Source of the DNA: an uncultured Candidatus Binatia bacterium
GTDB lineage: Bacteria; Desulfobacterota; Binatia; Bin18
Direction: 5' to 3'
NCBI GenBank assembly: GCA_965200965.1
Contig: OZ241744.1
Span: 3,136,001-3,200,000 of the forward strand
DNA: 64,000 bases
Shown: one piece after another, positions 40,293 through 47,857 of the stretch
How the letters are laid out: every line of letters starts with the position of its first letter
Position numbering within the stretch: position 1 is the stretch's first letter
Notes under the pieces: generated by a model
Told to the model about the DNA's origin: nothing
Databases searched by the model: none
Seen by the model: only the letters and a program-made list of their open reading frames with translations
Translations under genes and position numbers: made by a program

Positions 40293-40892
40293 CTATTTCT
40301 TGCCGCCGACCCGGCCGCTGAACGGGCCGGCAACCCGCAGACTGCCGTTGACGACTTGCAGCGGCAGGGCCGGCAGCGGTTTGGGCGCGGGTCCGCCGTG
40401 AATCCGCGCCCGGTCTTTGGGGTCAAAGGCCGAGGAATGGCACGGACACACAAAATGCTGCTGTTCGGCGTCCCACTCGGAGATGTTGCAGCCGGTGTGG
40501 GTACACACCCCGGAATAGGCCACAATGCCGTCCACCGCGCCCGGCCGGGTCCTGACGCTCAGCTCTTCCGGGGCAAAGCGGACCAGGAGAATCTGGTTCA
40601 GGCGTGAGCGGTCGCGGGCGACTTGGGTTTGCGGGTCTCTGGGATAGGCCAGGACCGGCGGGCCGCCGAGCGGGATATCAGCCTGGGTAATCAGCCGTCC
40701 GTCGTTTTCCCAGAACGGATAGACCAACTCATCCCCGGCCCGGGGGCGGAGTTTTCTGGGGTCGTCCTTTTTCCTGGGAGCACCGGCCGCCCTGTCGGCC
40801 AGCGACAGGCTCGCCCCGGCCGCTCCCAGCAGCGACTTGAGCAGCGTCCGCCGGCTCAGGCTCCAGCCATGCGGACAACCGGCACAGTGCAT
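40293..40892 (-). CDS. Tat-exported Rieske (2Fe-2S) protein
   Basis: SRRTLL twin-arginine signal; CTHTGC and CPCHSS. Confidence 0.9.
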   Translation of the reverse strand: MHCAGCPHGWSLSRRTLLKSLLGAAGASLSLADRAAGAPRKKDDPRKLRPRAGDELVYPFWENDGRLITQADIPLGGPPVLAYPRDPQTQVARDRSRLNQILLVRFAPEELSVRTRPGAVDGIVAYSGVCTHTGCNISEWDAEQQHFVCPCHSSAFDPKDRARIHGGPAPKPLPALPLQVVNGSLRVAGPFSGRVGGKK

Positions 40893-40963
40893 TGTCGGAG
40901 GCTCCTTTGCATCGGATTCTTTTACTGCCGGGGGCGAGCGGAGTCAATTGAGGCACGGGCCTG

Positions 40964-40993
40964 TTGACAGCCAGAAGCGCCCTCCGGTAGAAC
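40964..40993 (+). promoter_or_regulatory. Probable sigma70 promoter of the tRNA
   Basis: TTGACA-18 bp-TAGAAC, ending ~26 bp upstream of the tRNA. Confidence 0.55.
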
Positions 40994-41019
40994 AGCAGTC
41001 GGCCACAAGTTCCCAGTGT

Positions 41020-41103
41020 GCCGGGATGGCGGAATTGGTAGACGCAGTGGACTCAAAATCCACCGCTGGCGACAGCGTGCGAGTTCGAGCCTCGCTCCCG
41101 GCA
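41020..41103 (+). tRNA. tRNA-Leu(CAA)
   Basis: GCCGGGA/TCCCGGC acceptor stem, GTGGA-CTCAAAA-TCCAC anticodon arm, long variable arm, GTTCGAG T-loop; CCA not encoded. Confidence 0.96.
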
Positions 41104-41153
41104 GTCGCCCACTCCCCTATCCGCCTGCCTCTCCACACAAGCCCTGATATCTG

Positions 41154-41168
41154 TTACCTGTAAGGTAA
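41154..41168. promoter_or_regulatory. Palindromic candidate operator upstream of higBA
   Basis: TTACCT-GTA-AGGTAA inverted repeat 18 bp before the toxin start. Confidence 0.5.
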
Positions 41169-41186
41169 TGTAAAGCAGATACCAGG

Positions 41187-41522
41187 GTGGAAATCGTCTT
41201 TCGGACTACACGGCTCGCCAAAACGTTCAACTCTGCCAGCGCTCTCCAGGCGGCATACGGCGGCCGCATAGCGCCTGTTATTATGAAGCGTCTTGCAGTT
41301 CTCAAGAACGCCAGGACACTATTGCTGGTACCGACCAGCCGGCCGGAGCGACGCCATCAGCTTCGTGGTGGGCGGAGCGAGCAGTACGCCGTCGATCTCG
41401 TGCATCCCCACCGGCTGGTTTTCACACCAAACCATGAGCCGCTCCCACGCAGGGCGGATGGAGGGGTGGACACGGACCAGGTAACCGCAATTACCATTAT
41501 TGAAGTAGTGGACTACCACTGA
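41187..41522 (+). CDS. higB: HigB/RelE-like toxin (plasmid maintenance killer family)
   Basis: MEIVFRTTRLAK, RRHQLRGGR.EQYAVDL..PHRLVF, IIEVVDYH end. Confidence 0.85.
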   Translation: MEIVFRTTRLAKTFNSASALQAAYGGRIAPVIMKRLAVLKNARTLLLVPTSRPERRHQLRGGRSEQYAVDLVHPHRLVFTPNHEPLPRRADGGVDTDQVTAITIIEVVDYH

Positions 41523-41536
41523 AGGAGGGTAAGGAC

Positions 41537-42637
41537 ATGGGGACTGAGGCCCATCACTACCGACCCGACTACGCGGTTGCGCCGGGCGCAATCGTGCTCG
41601 AGCGCCTTGCGGCGCGTGGCATCTCGCGGGCCGAGTTCGCCCGGCGGTGCGACCGCTCCCCAAAGCGCCTCAGTGAGATCATTGCTGGAAAGGCACCGGT
41701 TGAGCCGGAAACGGCTCTGCAATTCGAGAAAGTCTTGGGTGTTGATGCAAGCATCTTGCTCGGCATTGAAACAGACTATCAACTCCATCGGGCGCGTGAG
41801 GCTGAGGCGAAAAAAACACAAGAGGCCTCTTCCTGGACACAGGCGTTTCCCCTGCAAGAGTTAGTGAGGCGAGGGATCATGGAGAAGCCTTCCTCCGATT
41901 CCAACACGGTGGCACGGCTGCTGACCTTCTTTGAGGTCGGGTCGGTCAAGGCCTGGTACGCGAAGTATGAACGGATGAGCGTTGCCTATCGACATTCGCC
42001 GAGCTTCAGGAGCGAAACACCCGCACTGGCAACCTGGCTGCGGCTTGGGGAGTTGGAGGCAGAGAAGCAGGAATGCGCCGATTACGACGCAGAGCAGTTC
42101 AGGCGGGTGTTGAGGAGAATTCGTGGGCTTACCCAGACGCCAGTAGCAGACGCTATAGAAAAGGCGCAACACCTCTGCAACAAGGCCGGTGTTGTGCTGG
42201 CTCCGCTCAAGCCTTTCCCCAAAATCGCGCTCAGCGGTGCCGCCTGGTGGTTGACCCCTCGCAAGGCGGTGATTACGCTCAGCGCACGCCATAAAACAGA
42301 CGATCACCTGTGGTTCAGCCTGTTCCACGAAGCGGCCCACCTCCTGCTGCATAGCAAGAAGGCCGTTTTTCTTGACGGGATGCAGAAGAATAACACTGGT
42401 GCGGACATTGAGACGCAGGCCGACAAGTGGGCGTCCGATTTTCTTGTTCCTCGTTCTCATTGGGAGCAGTTTGTCAACGCGGCTTCCTACAGCGAAAGGG
42501 CTATCCGTCAATTCGCCAGGGAACAGGACATAGCCCCAGGCATCATTGTCGGGAGGCTTCAGCACGAAAAGCATCTCAGCTGGGGAACGCCTCTGAACAA
42601 GCTGAAAGTACGGCTGGAGTGGAAAACGGCCTCGTGA
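41537..42637 (+). CDS. higA: HigA-type HTH antitoxin fused to an ImmA/IrrE-like metallopeptidase
   Basis: PDYAVAPG, HTH with ETALQFEKVLG, WFSLFHEAAH (HExxH), E.QADKWA. Confidence 0.85.
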   Translation: MGTEAHHYRPDYAVAPGAIVLERLAARGISRAEFARRCDRSPKRLSEIIAGKAPVEPETALQFEKVLGVDASILLGIETDYQLHRAREAEAKKTQEASSWTQAFPLQELVRRGIMEKPSSDSNTVARLLTFFEVGSVKAWYAKYERMSVAYRHSPSFRSETPALATWLRLGELEAEKQECADYDAEQFRRVLRRIRGLTQTPVADAIEKAQHLCNKAGVVLAPLKPFPKIALSGAAWWLTPRKAVITLSARHKTDDHLWFSLFHEAAHLLLHSKKAVFLDGMQKNNTGADIETQADKWASDFLVPRSHWEQFVNAASYSERAIRQFAREQDIAPGIIVGRLQHEKHLSWGTPLNKLKVRLEWKTAS

Positions 42638-42657
42638 ACGATCCAAGCCTGTCTGCA

Positions 42658-45600
42658 ATGACAGCGGTCCCGGATTCCAAATTTGACCGCCTGAAGGCCA
42701 TCCTGCGGACGATGTTCCAGCTCGACCGCGGGGATCTCGACTTCGGCCTGTACCGGATCATGAACCGGAAAGCCGGGGAAATTACGCATTTCCTCGACAC
42801 CGAACTGTTGCCGCAGGTCCGGGCTGCGTTGGCCGGCAACAGCGCCGGCCAGCAGGCCGCACTGAACAAGGAACTGGAGCAGGCCAGGCAGCAGGCCAGG
42901 GGGTTGGGCGTTGACCCGGACACCACCCCCGCGGTCCGGGAGTTGCAACGCCGGTATGCCAATGCCAGGGCCGACGCCAACGCAGAGGCCGAGGTCTACA
43001 ACCACCTGACCAACTTCTTTAGCCGCTATTATGACGAGGGCGACTTCATGTCGTTGCGCCGGTATTCGGGCGGTGGCCGGCCGACCTATCTGATTCCCTA
43101 CAACGGCGAGGAGGTGAAGCTGCACTGGGCCAATGCCGACCAGTATTACGTCAAGTCAACCGAGAATTACGCTGCCTATGTTTTCACGCTGGCCACGGAC
43201 GCACAAACCCGCCGGGTGCGCTTCGAGATCACGCGGGCGGACACCGAACGGGACAACGTGAAGGAAACCGCCGGCCGCCAGCGTCGCTTTGTGCTGGCCG
43301 AGGACCCAGGGTCGGTCGTTGTTGACAAGGGCGAACTGGTCGTTCGTTTTGAGCACCGGCCCCTGACGGCCACCGAGAAGAAAGCCTATCCCTCCGGCGG
43401 CAAGCAGCAGGACCGGATCAACGAGGCGGCACGCGACCGCATCCTGAAAGCCCTGCCCCCGGACTGGCTGAGGCCGCTGGCCAGCCCCGCCCCGTCCGAG
43501 AGGACGAAACGTGTCACCAGCTCGGGAGGAGGGCGATACGTTTCGTCCTTGAGCCAGCCCGATCGCACCGTGCTGGACAAGCACCTTGCCGTCTACACGG
43601 CCAAGAACAGCTTTGATTATTTCATTCACAAGGACCTGGGCGGCTTCCTGCGGCGCGAGTTGGACCTGTACCTGAAGACCGAGGTGCTGGACCTGGACGA
43701 CCTGGCGATGAGCGACACCGCCCAACTCAACCGGGCCTTGGGACGCCTGCGGGCCGTCCGCCAAGTGGCGGACAAGATCATCGCCTTTCTGTCCCAGATT
43801 GAGGACTTTCAAAAGCAGCTCTGGCTCAAAAAGAAGTTCGTGCTGGACACGCACTATTGCGTGACGCTCGACCGCGTGCCCGAAGCCTTCTACCCAGCAA
43901 TAGCGGCCAACAAGGCCCAGCATGACGAATGGCTACGGCTGTTTGCCATTGACCGGATTGCGGCCGCCCTGACCACCCCCGGTTACACCAACCCCCTGAC
44001 CGTGGAGTTTCTGAAAGCCAACCCCTTTCTGGTGCTGGACACCCGCCACTTTGACCGGGACCTGAGCGACCGGCTGCTCGCCGCCCTGTCAGACGCCGGG
44101 CCGCTTGACGAGCAGATGGACGGCCTGCTTGTCCACGGCGAGAACTTCCAGGCGTTGCACCTGCTCCAGACCTGCTATCAGGGGCAGGTGCAGTGCGTCT
44201 ACATCGACCCGCCGTATAACACCGGAAATGACGACTTCCTGTACAAAGACAGCTATGAAGATTCAAGTTGGCTGTCCATGATGCAGAACAGACTGACGCT
44301 AGCCTATCAACTGCTTGATAAGAATTCAGGAAGCCATGCAATCAGCATTGATGACCGAGAGTTGTCCGCTCTCTTATTTTTGCTACGAAGCGTTGCTCTC
44401 GAAAAGGCTGCTAAAACCGTTACTGTGAAGATGGCTGAACCGACCGGAGTGAAGATGGCACATGTTGTACGCTCTGGTGGGATTCCTAAGCTCAAGGAGT
44501 ATATCGTCCTTGCCAAACCGTCGGGAATTCAGGGTTTTCATCTTGAAAAAGTGCCAAAGGAACAATGGGACGCCGAATACAACTTGATGGTGACCGGTAT
44601 CTCGCATGATGAAGTGAGATGGCTGAAGGACATCATCCATGACTCAAATAGAACGGATGGAGATGTGAAAATTGCTGATGATCTATGTCAGCGTATTTCC
44701 CTACGGCCAGTTGCGGAGATACTTACTGAAAATGGTGTTCCATCCAAGCAAACCGATTCTTGGAAGCGTGAGAATGCCTGGCGGATCGTTCGCACGGTTG
44801 CCACAACCGCTAGCGCAAAAACTTTGGCTGATGAAAAGAAGAGGCATTTTCCCACAAACTGCTTCACTGTGGTGACTTCTTTACAGCGAATGTACGTTAT
44901 GAAAGCTGAATATGAACGGGAGGCAGAACAACCCCGCGTCCGCATTCTATTTGCGGATGACTATCTGAACGTTCATCCTGGCGATTTCTGGCAGGACATT
45001 AAAACGACCGGCCTGGATAATGAGGGCGGGGTTGAGTTGATCAGTGGGAAAAAGCCGGAAAAGCTCCTCAAGCGTATAATTGGAATGGCCTCTTCGTCTG
45101 GAGAGTTGGTTTGTGATTATTTCCTCGGTAGTGGTACAACCACTGCCGTAGCTCAGAAGATGGGCAGAAAATGGCTTGGAGTCGAGTCAGCACCCTTCTT
45201 TGCGAGTCTTCCACTTAAGCGGATGAAATTGGTGCTCCGCGGAGAAAAAGGTGGAGTCAGTGAAGAGGAATCTTGGAAGGGCGGTGGCCTATTCAAATAC
45301 ATCCGCCTCGAATCCTACGAAGACACGCTGGACAGCCTCGAACTTACCCCCCGCTCAGACGCGCAGGAGGAACTGCTGACCGCCAACCCGGCCCTGGCCG
45401 AAGATTACCTGTTGCGCTACACCCTTGGCGAAGAAACAGCCGCCAGCGCATGCCTGCTGGGCACGCATTTCACCGACCCCTTCGCCTACACCCTGTCGGT
45501 CGTGCGGGACGGCGCACGCCGGCAAACGCCTGTTGACCTGCCCCAAACCTTCAACTACCTGCTCGGCCTGCGCGTCTCAGCCTGGCGTCGCCTTGACGGC

Positions 45601-45858
45601 CTGCTGACCATCACCGGGACCGATGCCTCGGGCCAACGCTGCCTGATCCTGTGGCGCAATCTGAACGACACCGACAACGCCGGCCTGAGCGACTGGTTCA
45701 CCCGCCACCGGCCGGCCTTTGCCGAGCCGTTTGATCTGCTCTACGTCAACGGCGACCACACCCTGAACGCCTTGCGACAGCCACACGACACCTGGACAGC
45801 CCAGACCATCGAGCCGGTCTTCCGGGAGCTGATGTTTGCGAATACCCGGAAGATGTAG
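42658..45858 (+). CDS. mod: Type III restriction-modification methyltransferase (Mod); alternative GTG start at 42634
   Basis: DLDFGLYRIMN, YNGEEVKLHWANADQYYVK, DYFIHKDL, YIDPPYNTG, DYFLGSGTT, YIRLESYEDTL. Confidence 0.92.
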   Translation: MTAVPDSKFDRLKAILRTMFQLDRGDLDFGLYRIMNRKAGEITHFLDTELLPQVRAALAGNSAGQQAALNKELEQARQQARGLGVDPDTTPAVRELQRRYANARADANAEAEVYNHLTNFFSRYYDEGDFMSLRRYSGGGRPTYLIPYNGEEVKLHWANADQYYVKSTENYAAYVFTLATDAQTRRVRFEITRADTERDNVKETAGRQRRFVLAEDPGSVVVDKGELVVRFEHRPLTATEKKAYPSGGKQQDRINEAARDRILKALPPDWLRPLASPAPSERTKRVTSSGGGRYVSSLSQPDRTVLDKHLAVYTAKNSFDYFIHKDLGGFLRRELDLYLKTEVLDLDDLAMSDTAQLNRALGRLRAVRQVADKIIAFLSQIEDFQKQLWLKKKFVLDTHYCVTLDRVPEAFYPAIAANKAQHDEWLRLFAIDRIAAALTTPGYTNPLTVEFLKANPFLVLDTRHFDRDLSDRLLAALSDAGPLDEQMDGLLVHGENFQALHLLQTCYQGQVQCVYIDPPYNTGNDDFLYKDSYEDSSWLSMMQNRLTLAYQLLDKNSGSHAISIDDRELSALLFLLRSVALEKAAKTVTVKMAEPTGVKMAHVVRSGGIPKLKEYIVLAKPSGIQGFHLEKVPKEQWDAEYNLMVTGISHDEVRWLKDIIHDSNRTDGDVKIADDLCQRISLRPVAEILTENGVPSKQTDSWKRENAWRIVRTVATTASAKTLADEKKRHFPTNCFTVVTSLQRMYVMKAEYEREAEQPRVRILFADDYLNVHPGDFWQDIKTTGLDNEGGVELISGKKPEKLLKRIIGMASSSGELVCDYFLGSGTTTAVAQKMGRKWLGVESAPFFASLPLKRMKLVLRGEKGGVSEEESWKGGGLFKYIRLESYEDTLDSLELTPRSDAQEELLTANPALAEDYLLRYTLGEETAASACLLGTHFTDPFAYTLSVVRDGARRQTPVDLPQTFNYLLGLRVSAWRRLDGLLTITGTDASGQRCLILWRNLNDTDNAGLSDWFTRHRPAFAEPFDLLYVNGDHTLNALRQPHDTWTAQTIEPVFRELMFANTRKM
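43500..43550 (+). repeat. 51-bp palindromic element, copy B, in frame inside mod
   Basis: GAGGACGAAACGTGTC accagctcgggaggagggc GATACGTTTCGTCCTT; encodes RTKRVTSSGGGRYVSSL. Confidence 0.9.
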
Positions 45859-45887
45859 GTCGGCTCAGCCACCAGGCGTAAGCCGAC
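45855..45887 (+). repeat. GTAG-type REP-like palindrome overlapping the mod stop codon
   Basis: GTAGGTCGGCTCAGCCACCAGGCGTAAGCCGAC; same layout as 5128-5157; degenerate copy at ~47089. Confidence 0.7.
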
Positions 45888-45922
45888 AAACCAGCATCCG
45901 CCCCTGCCCACACGGAGAAAAG

Positions 45923-46159
45923 ATGAGCCCAGAAATTATTGCCATCGCCACCGTAGGCACAGCCCTGGCCGCCCTGATCCTGACCGGCCAGCGGACCATC
46001 CGCGCCGAACTGGCCGCCCAGCGTCAAGACCTCGCCGCCCAGCGGCAGGACTTGGCCGCCCAACGCCAGGACCTCGCCGCTTTGCGTGAGCGAATGGCCC
46101 ACCTTGAGGGGCTGCTTGAAGGGCTCCGGGAAGCCCTCACCCGCGAGCGAGCCGCCTAG
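45923..46159 (+). CDS. Small N-terminal TM + heptad-repeat coiled-coil protein, copy 1
   Basis: GGAGA RBS; LAAQRQD x3 encoded by 21-bp tandem repeats. Confidence 0.75.
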   Translation: MSPEIIAIATVGTALAALILTGQRTIRAELAAQRQDLAAQRQDLAAQRQDLAALRERMAHLEGLLEGLREALTRERAA

Positions 46160-46183
46160 AAGCCTGATGTTCAAAGGAAAAAT

Positions 46184-47107
46184 GTGATGGCATCCAAAGA
46201 CGACGATTTCTACAAGCAGACCTTTTCACAACGGGAAGGCAAGGCCCCACTGCCTGAGCCTATGCGGCTGGAGCATATCCCACAAAAATTCAGACAGTTG
46301 GTATGGGGCTTTATAGACAAAGAAATTGCTGCCTCGCGCTGGCTTAGTCCGGGTGAATTCGGTCGTGGTTCGTCTCAATGGCGCGACCGTAGCAGGAATC
46401 TCGGGATCATTATAAGAGCCTACAAATTCAATATCCTGGGGATGTTGCATGATGAAATAGGTCGATGTGACCCGGAAGACTCTTTAATATTTTTCAAGCA
46501 AGTGATAACAGAGGGGAAATACCACGAAATCCTGGCGCTCATTGAATTCGTCCTGCGACACGAACTCTGTTCGGAAACTCTCCGCAAGAACCTCGTTAGC
46601 GCTTTTGACGACACTCCAATCGCTTATTTCGTTGAGGAGATAAATGGGGTTCCAACCATTATGCCACGGGTGAGCCGTGAAGCTGGTGAGGGGACACAGC
46701 AAGCCGTCCAGAGTATAAGCGCAGGTGGCTTCGAAGGAGCGGCAACCCATCTACGGCAAGCAGCGGAGCAGATAAACACGGGACAATATGCAAAGTCGAT
46801 TGTGGACAGCATCCACGCCGTTGAATCCGTAGCGCGTGAAATTGCTCCAAAAGAGAGCAAAACCCTCGGCCCCGCGCTCAATTCTCTTTCAGAGGCCGGG
46901 CTTCTGCATCCGGCGCTCAAGGAGGGATTCAAAAAGATATACGGTTACACAAACGACGAGCAGGGAATACGACACCCCCTTGTTGATAGGGACTCCCCCG
47001 ATGTCGGGCTGGATGAGGCCATGTTCATGTTTGGGGCGTGCGCGTCCTTTACCGCTTATCTCGTCAGCAAACACCGGAAGATGCAGGGCGGCTCAGCCAC
47101 AGGCTAG
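46184..47107 (+). CDS. AbiJ-NTD4-like / HEPN-like abortive-infection-associated protein
   Basis: TFSQREG N-terminus, SIHAVESVAR, TLGPAL, LHPALKEGFKKIYGYTND.QGIRH, EAMFMFGACASF; lower GC. Confidence 0.65.
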   Translation: MMASKDDDFYKQTFSQREGKAPLPEPMRLEHIPQKFRQLVWGFIDKEIAASRWLSPGEFGRGSSQWRDRSRNLGIIIRAYKFNILGMLHDEIGRCDPEDSLIFFKQVITEGKYHEILALIEFVLRHELCSETLRKNLVSAFDDTPIAYFVEEINGVPTIMPRVSREAGEGTQQAVQSISAGGFEGAATHLRQAAEQINTGQYAKSIVDSIHAVESVAREIAPKESKTLGPALNSLSEAGLLHPALKEGFKKIYGYTNDEQGIRHPLVDRDSPDVGLDEAMFMFGACASFTAYLVSKHRKMQGGSATG

Positions 47108-47184
47108 CGGCTTCCGCTCCGTCTATCCGCCCCGCGGCTGCCCACACGGAGAAAAGATGAGTCCAGAGATTATTGCCGCCCGGG

Positions 47185-47433
47185 TCAGGATGCAGCTTGC
47201 CCGTTGCTCCATAACTCATACTCGCTGATATCAATATCGCTGCTCCACACCACCGCATAACCGCCCCGCTCTACTTGAACGGATCTGAAGAAAGCCGGGG
47301 TTTTCAGAGGGGCAAACCGTTCTCTTTTGAGCAAAGGCACCACATCATATGTTCGTTTTTGCGCGTTATCAAATCCAACCAGAAGAGTATGGTCGTCAAT
47401 GATTTCAACAGATTGTATCCTGGGATATGGCAT
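47185..47433 (-). CDS. DUF2442-like protein (putative TA partner)
   Basis: IQSVEII.DHTLLVGFDN...FAPLK...FFRSVQV..GG.AVVW..DIDI. Confidence 0.75.
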   Translation of the reverse strand: MPYPRIQSVEIIDDHTLLVGFDNAQKRTYDVVPLLKRERFAPLKTPAFFRSVQVERGGYAVVWSSDIDISEYELWSNGQAAS

Positions 47434-47435
47434 GG

Positions 47436-47578
47436 CTACTCCAACGGTGGTAGTCTGCGAAACTCCTGAGAGTTCCACATTTCGTTCAGTTCCCGCCTGT
47501 TCAGAGTTGCCCACTCACTAACAAGTTTTCTGGCTCTTTGCGGCAGATCGCCTTCTATTATTTCCAAAGTAAGGAGGT
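47436..47578 (-). pseudogene. 5'-truncated DUF4160-like gene
   Basis: TLEIIEGDLPQRARKLVSEWA.LNRRELNEMW...RLPPLE; N-terminus missing at the repeat junction. Confidence 0.7.
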
Positions 47579-47582
47579 AAAG

Positions 47583-47798
47583 ATGAGTCCAGAGATTATT
47601 GCCATCGCCACCGTAGGCACAGCCCTGGCCGCCCTGACCCTGACCGGCCAGCGGACCATCCGCGCCGAACTGGCCGCCCAATGTCAGGACCTCACCGCTT
47701 TGCGTCAGGACCTCGCCGCTCTGCGTGAGCGGATGGCCCACCTGGAGGGGCTGCTTGAAGGGCTCCGGGAAGCCCTCACCCGCGAGCGAGCCGCCTAG
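47583..47798 (+). CDS. Small N-terminal TM + coiled-coil protein, copy 2
   Basis: Near-identical to 45923-46159 but one heptad shorter; AAGGAGGT RBS. Confidence 0.75.
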   Translation: MSPEIIAIATVGTALAALTLTGQRTIRAELAAQCQDLTALRQDLAALRERMAHLEGLLEGLREALTRERAA

Positions 47799-47857
47799 CC
47801 GGCTGTGTCAGCTTCCGCTCCGCTCTTCCGCCCTGCACCCCGGCGGCTGACCAAAGG

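Noticed and set aside
37275-40607. Long plus-strand ORFs (554 and 548 aa), and similar ones such as 49178-50962 on the minus strand
   Set aside because: They are antisense shadows of clear genes, common in GC-rich DNA, with no recognisable motifs
42427-42633. Extended N-terminus of Mod as given by the ORF track
   Set aside because: It overlaps the higA C-terminus by ~200 bp; Mod-like sequence starts near 42658
45923-47798. CRISPR array or integron cassette array
   Set aside because: The repeats are coding heptads and gene duplicates, not regularly spaced repeat-spacer units; no cas or intI gene and no clear attC sites
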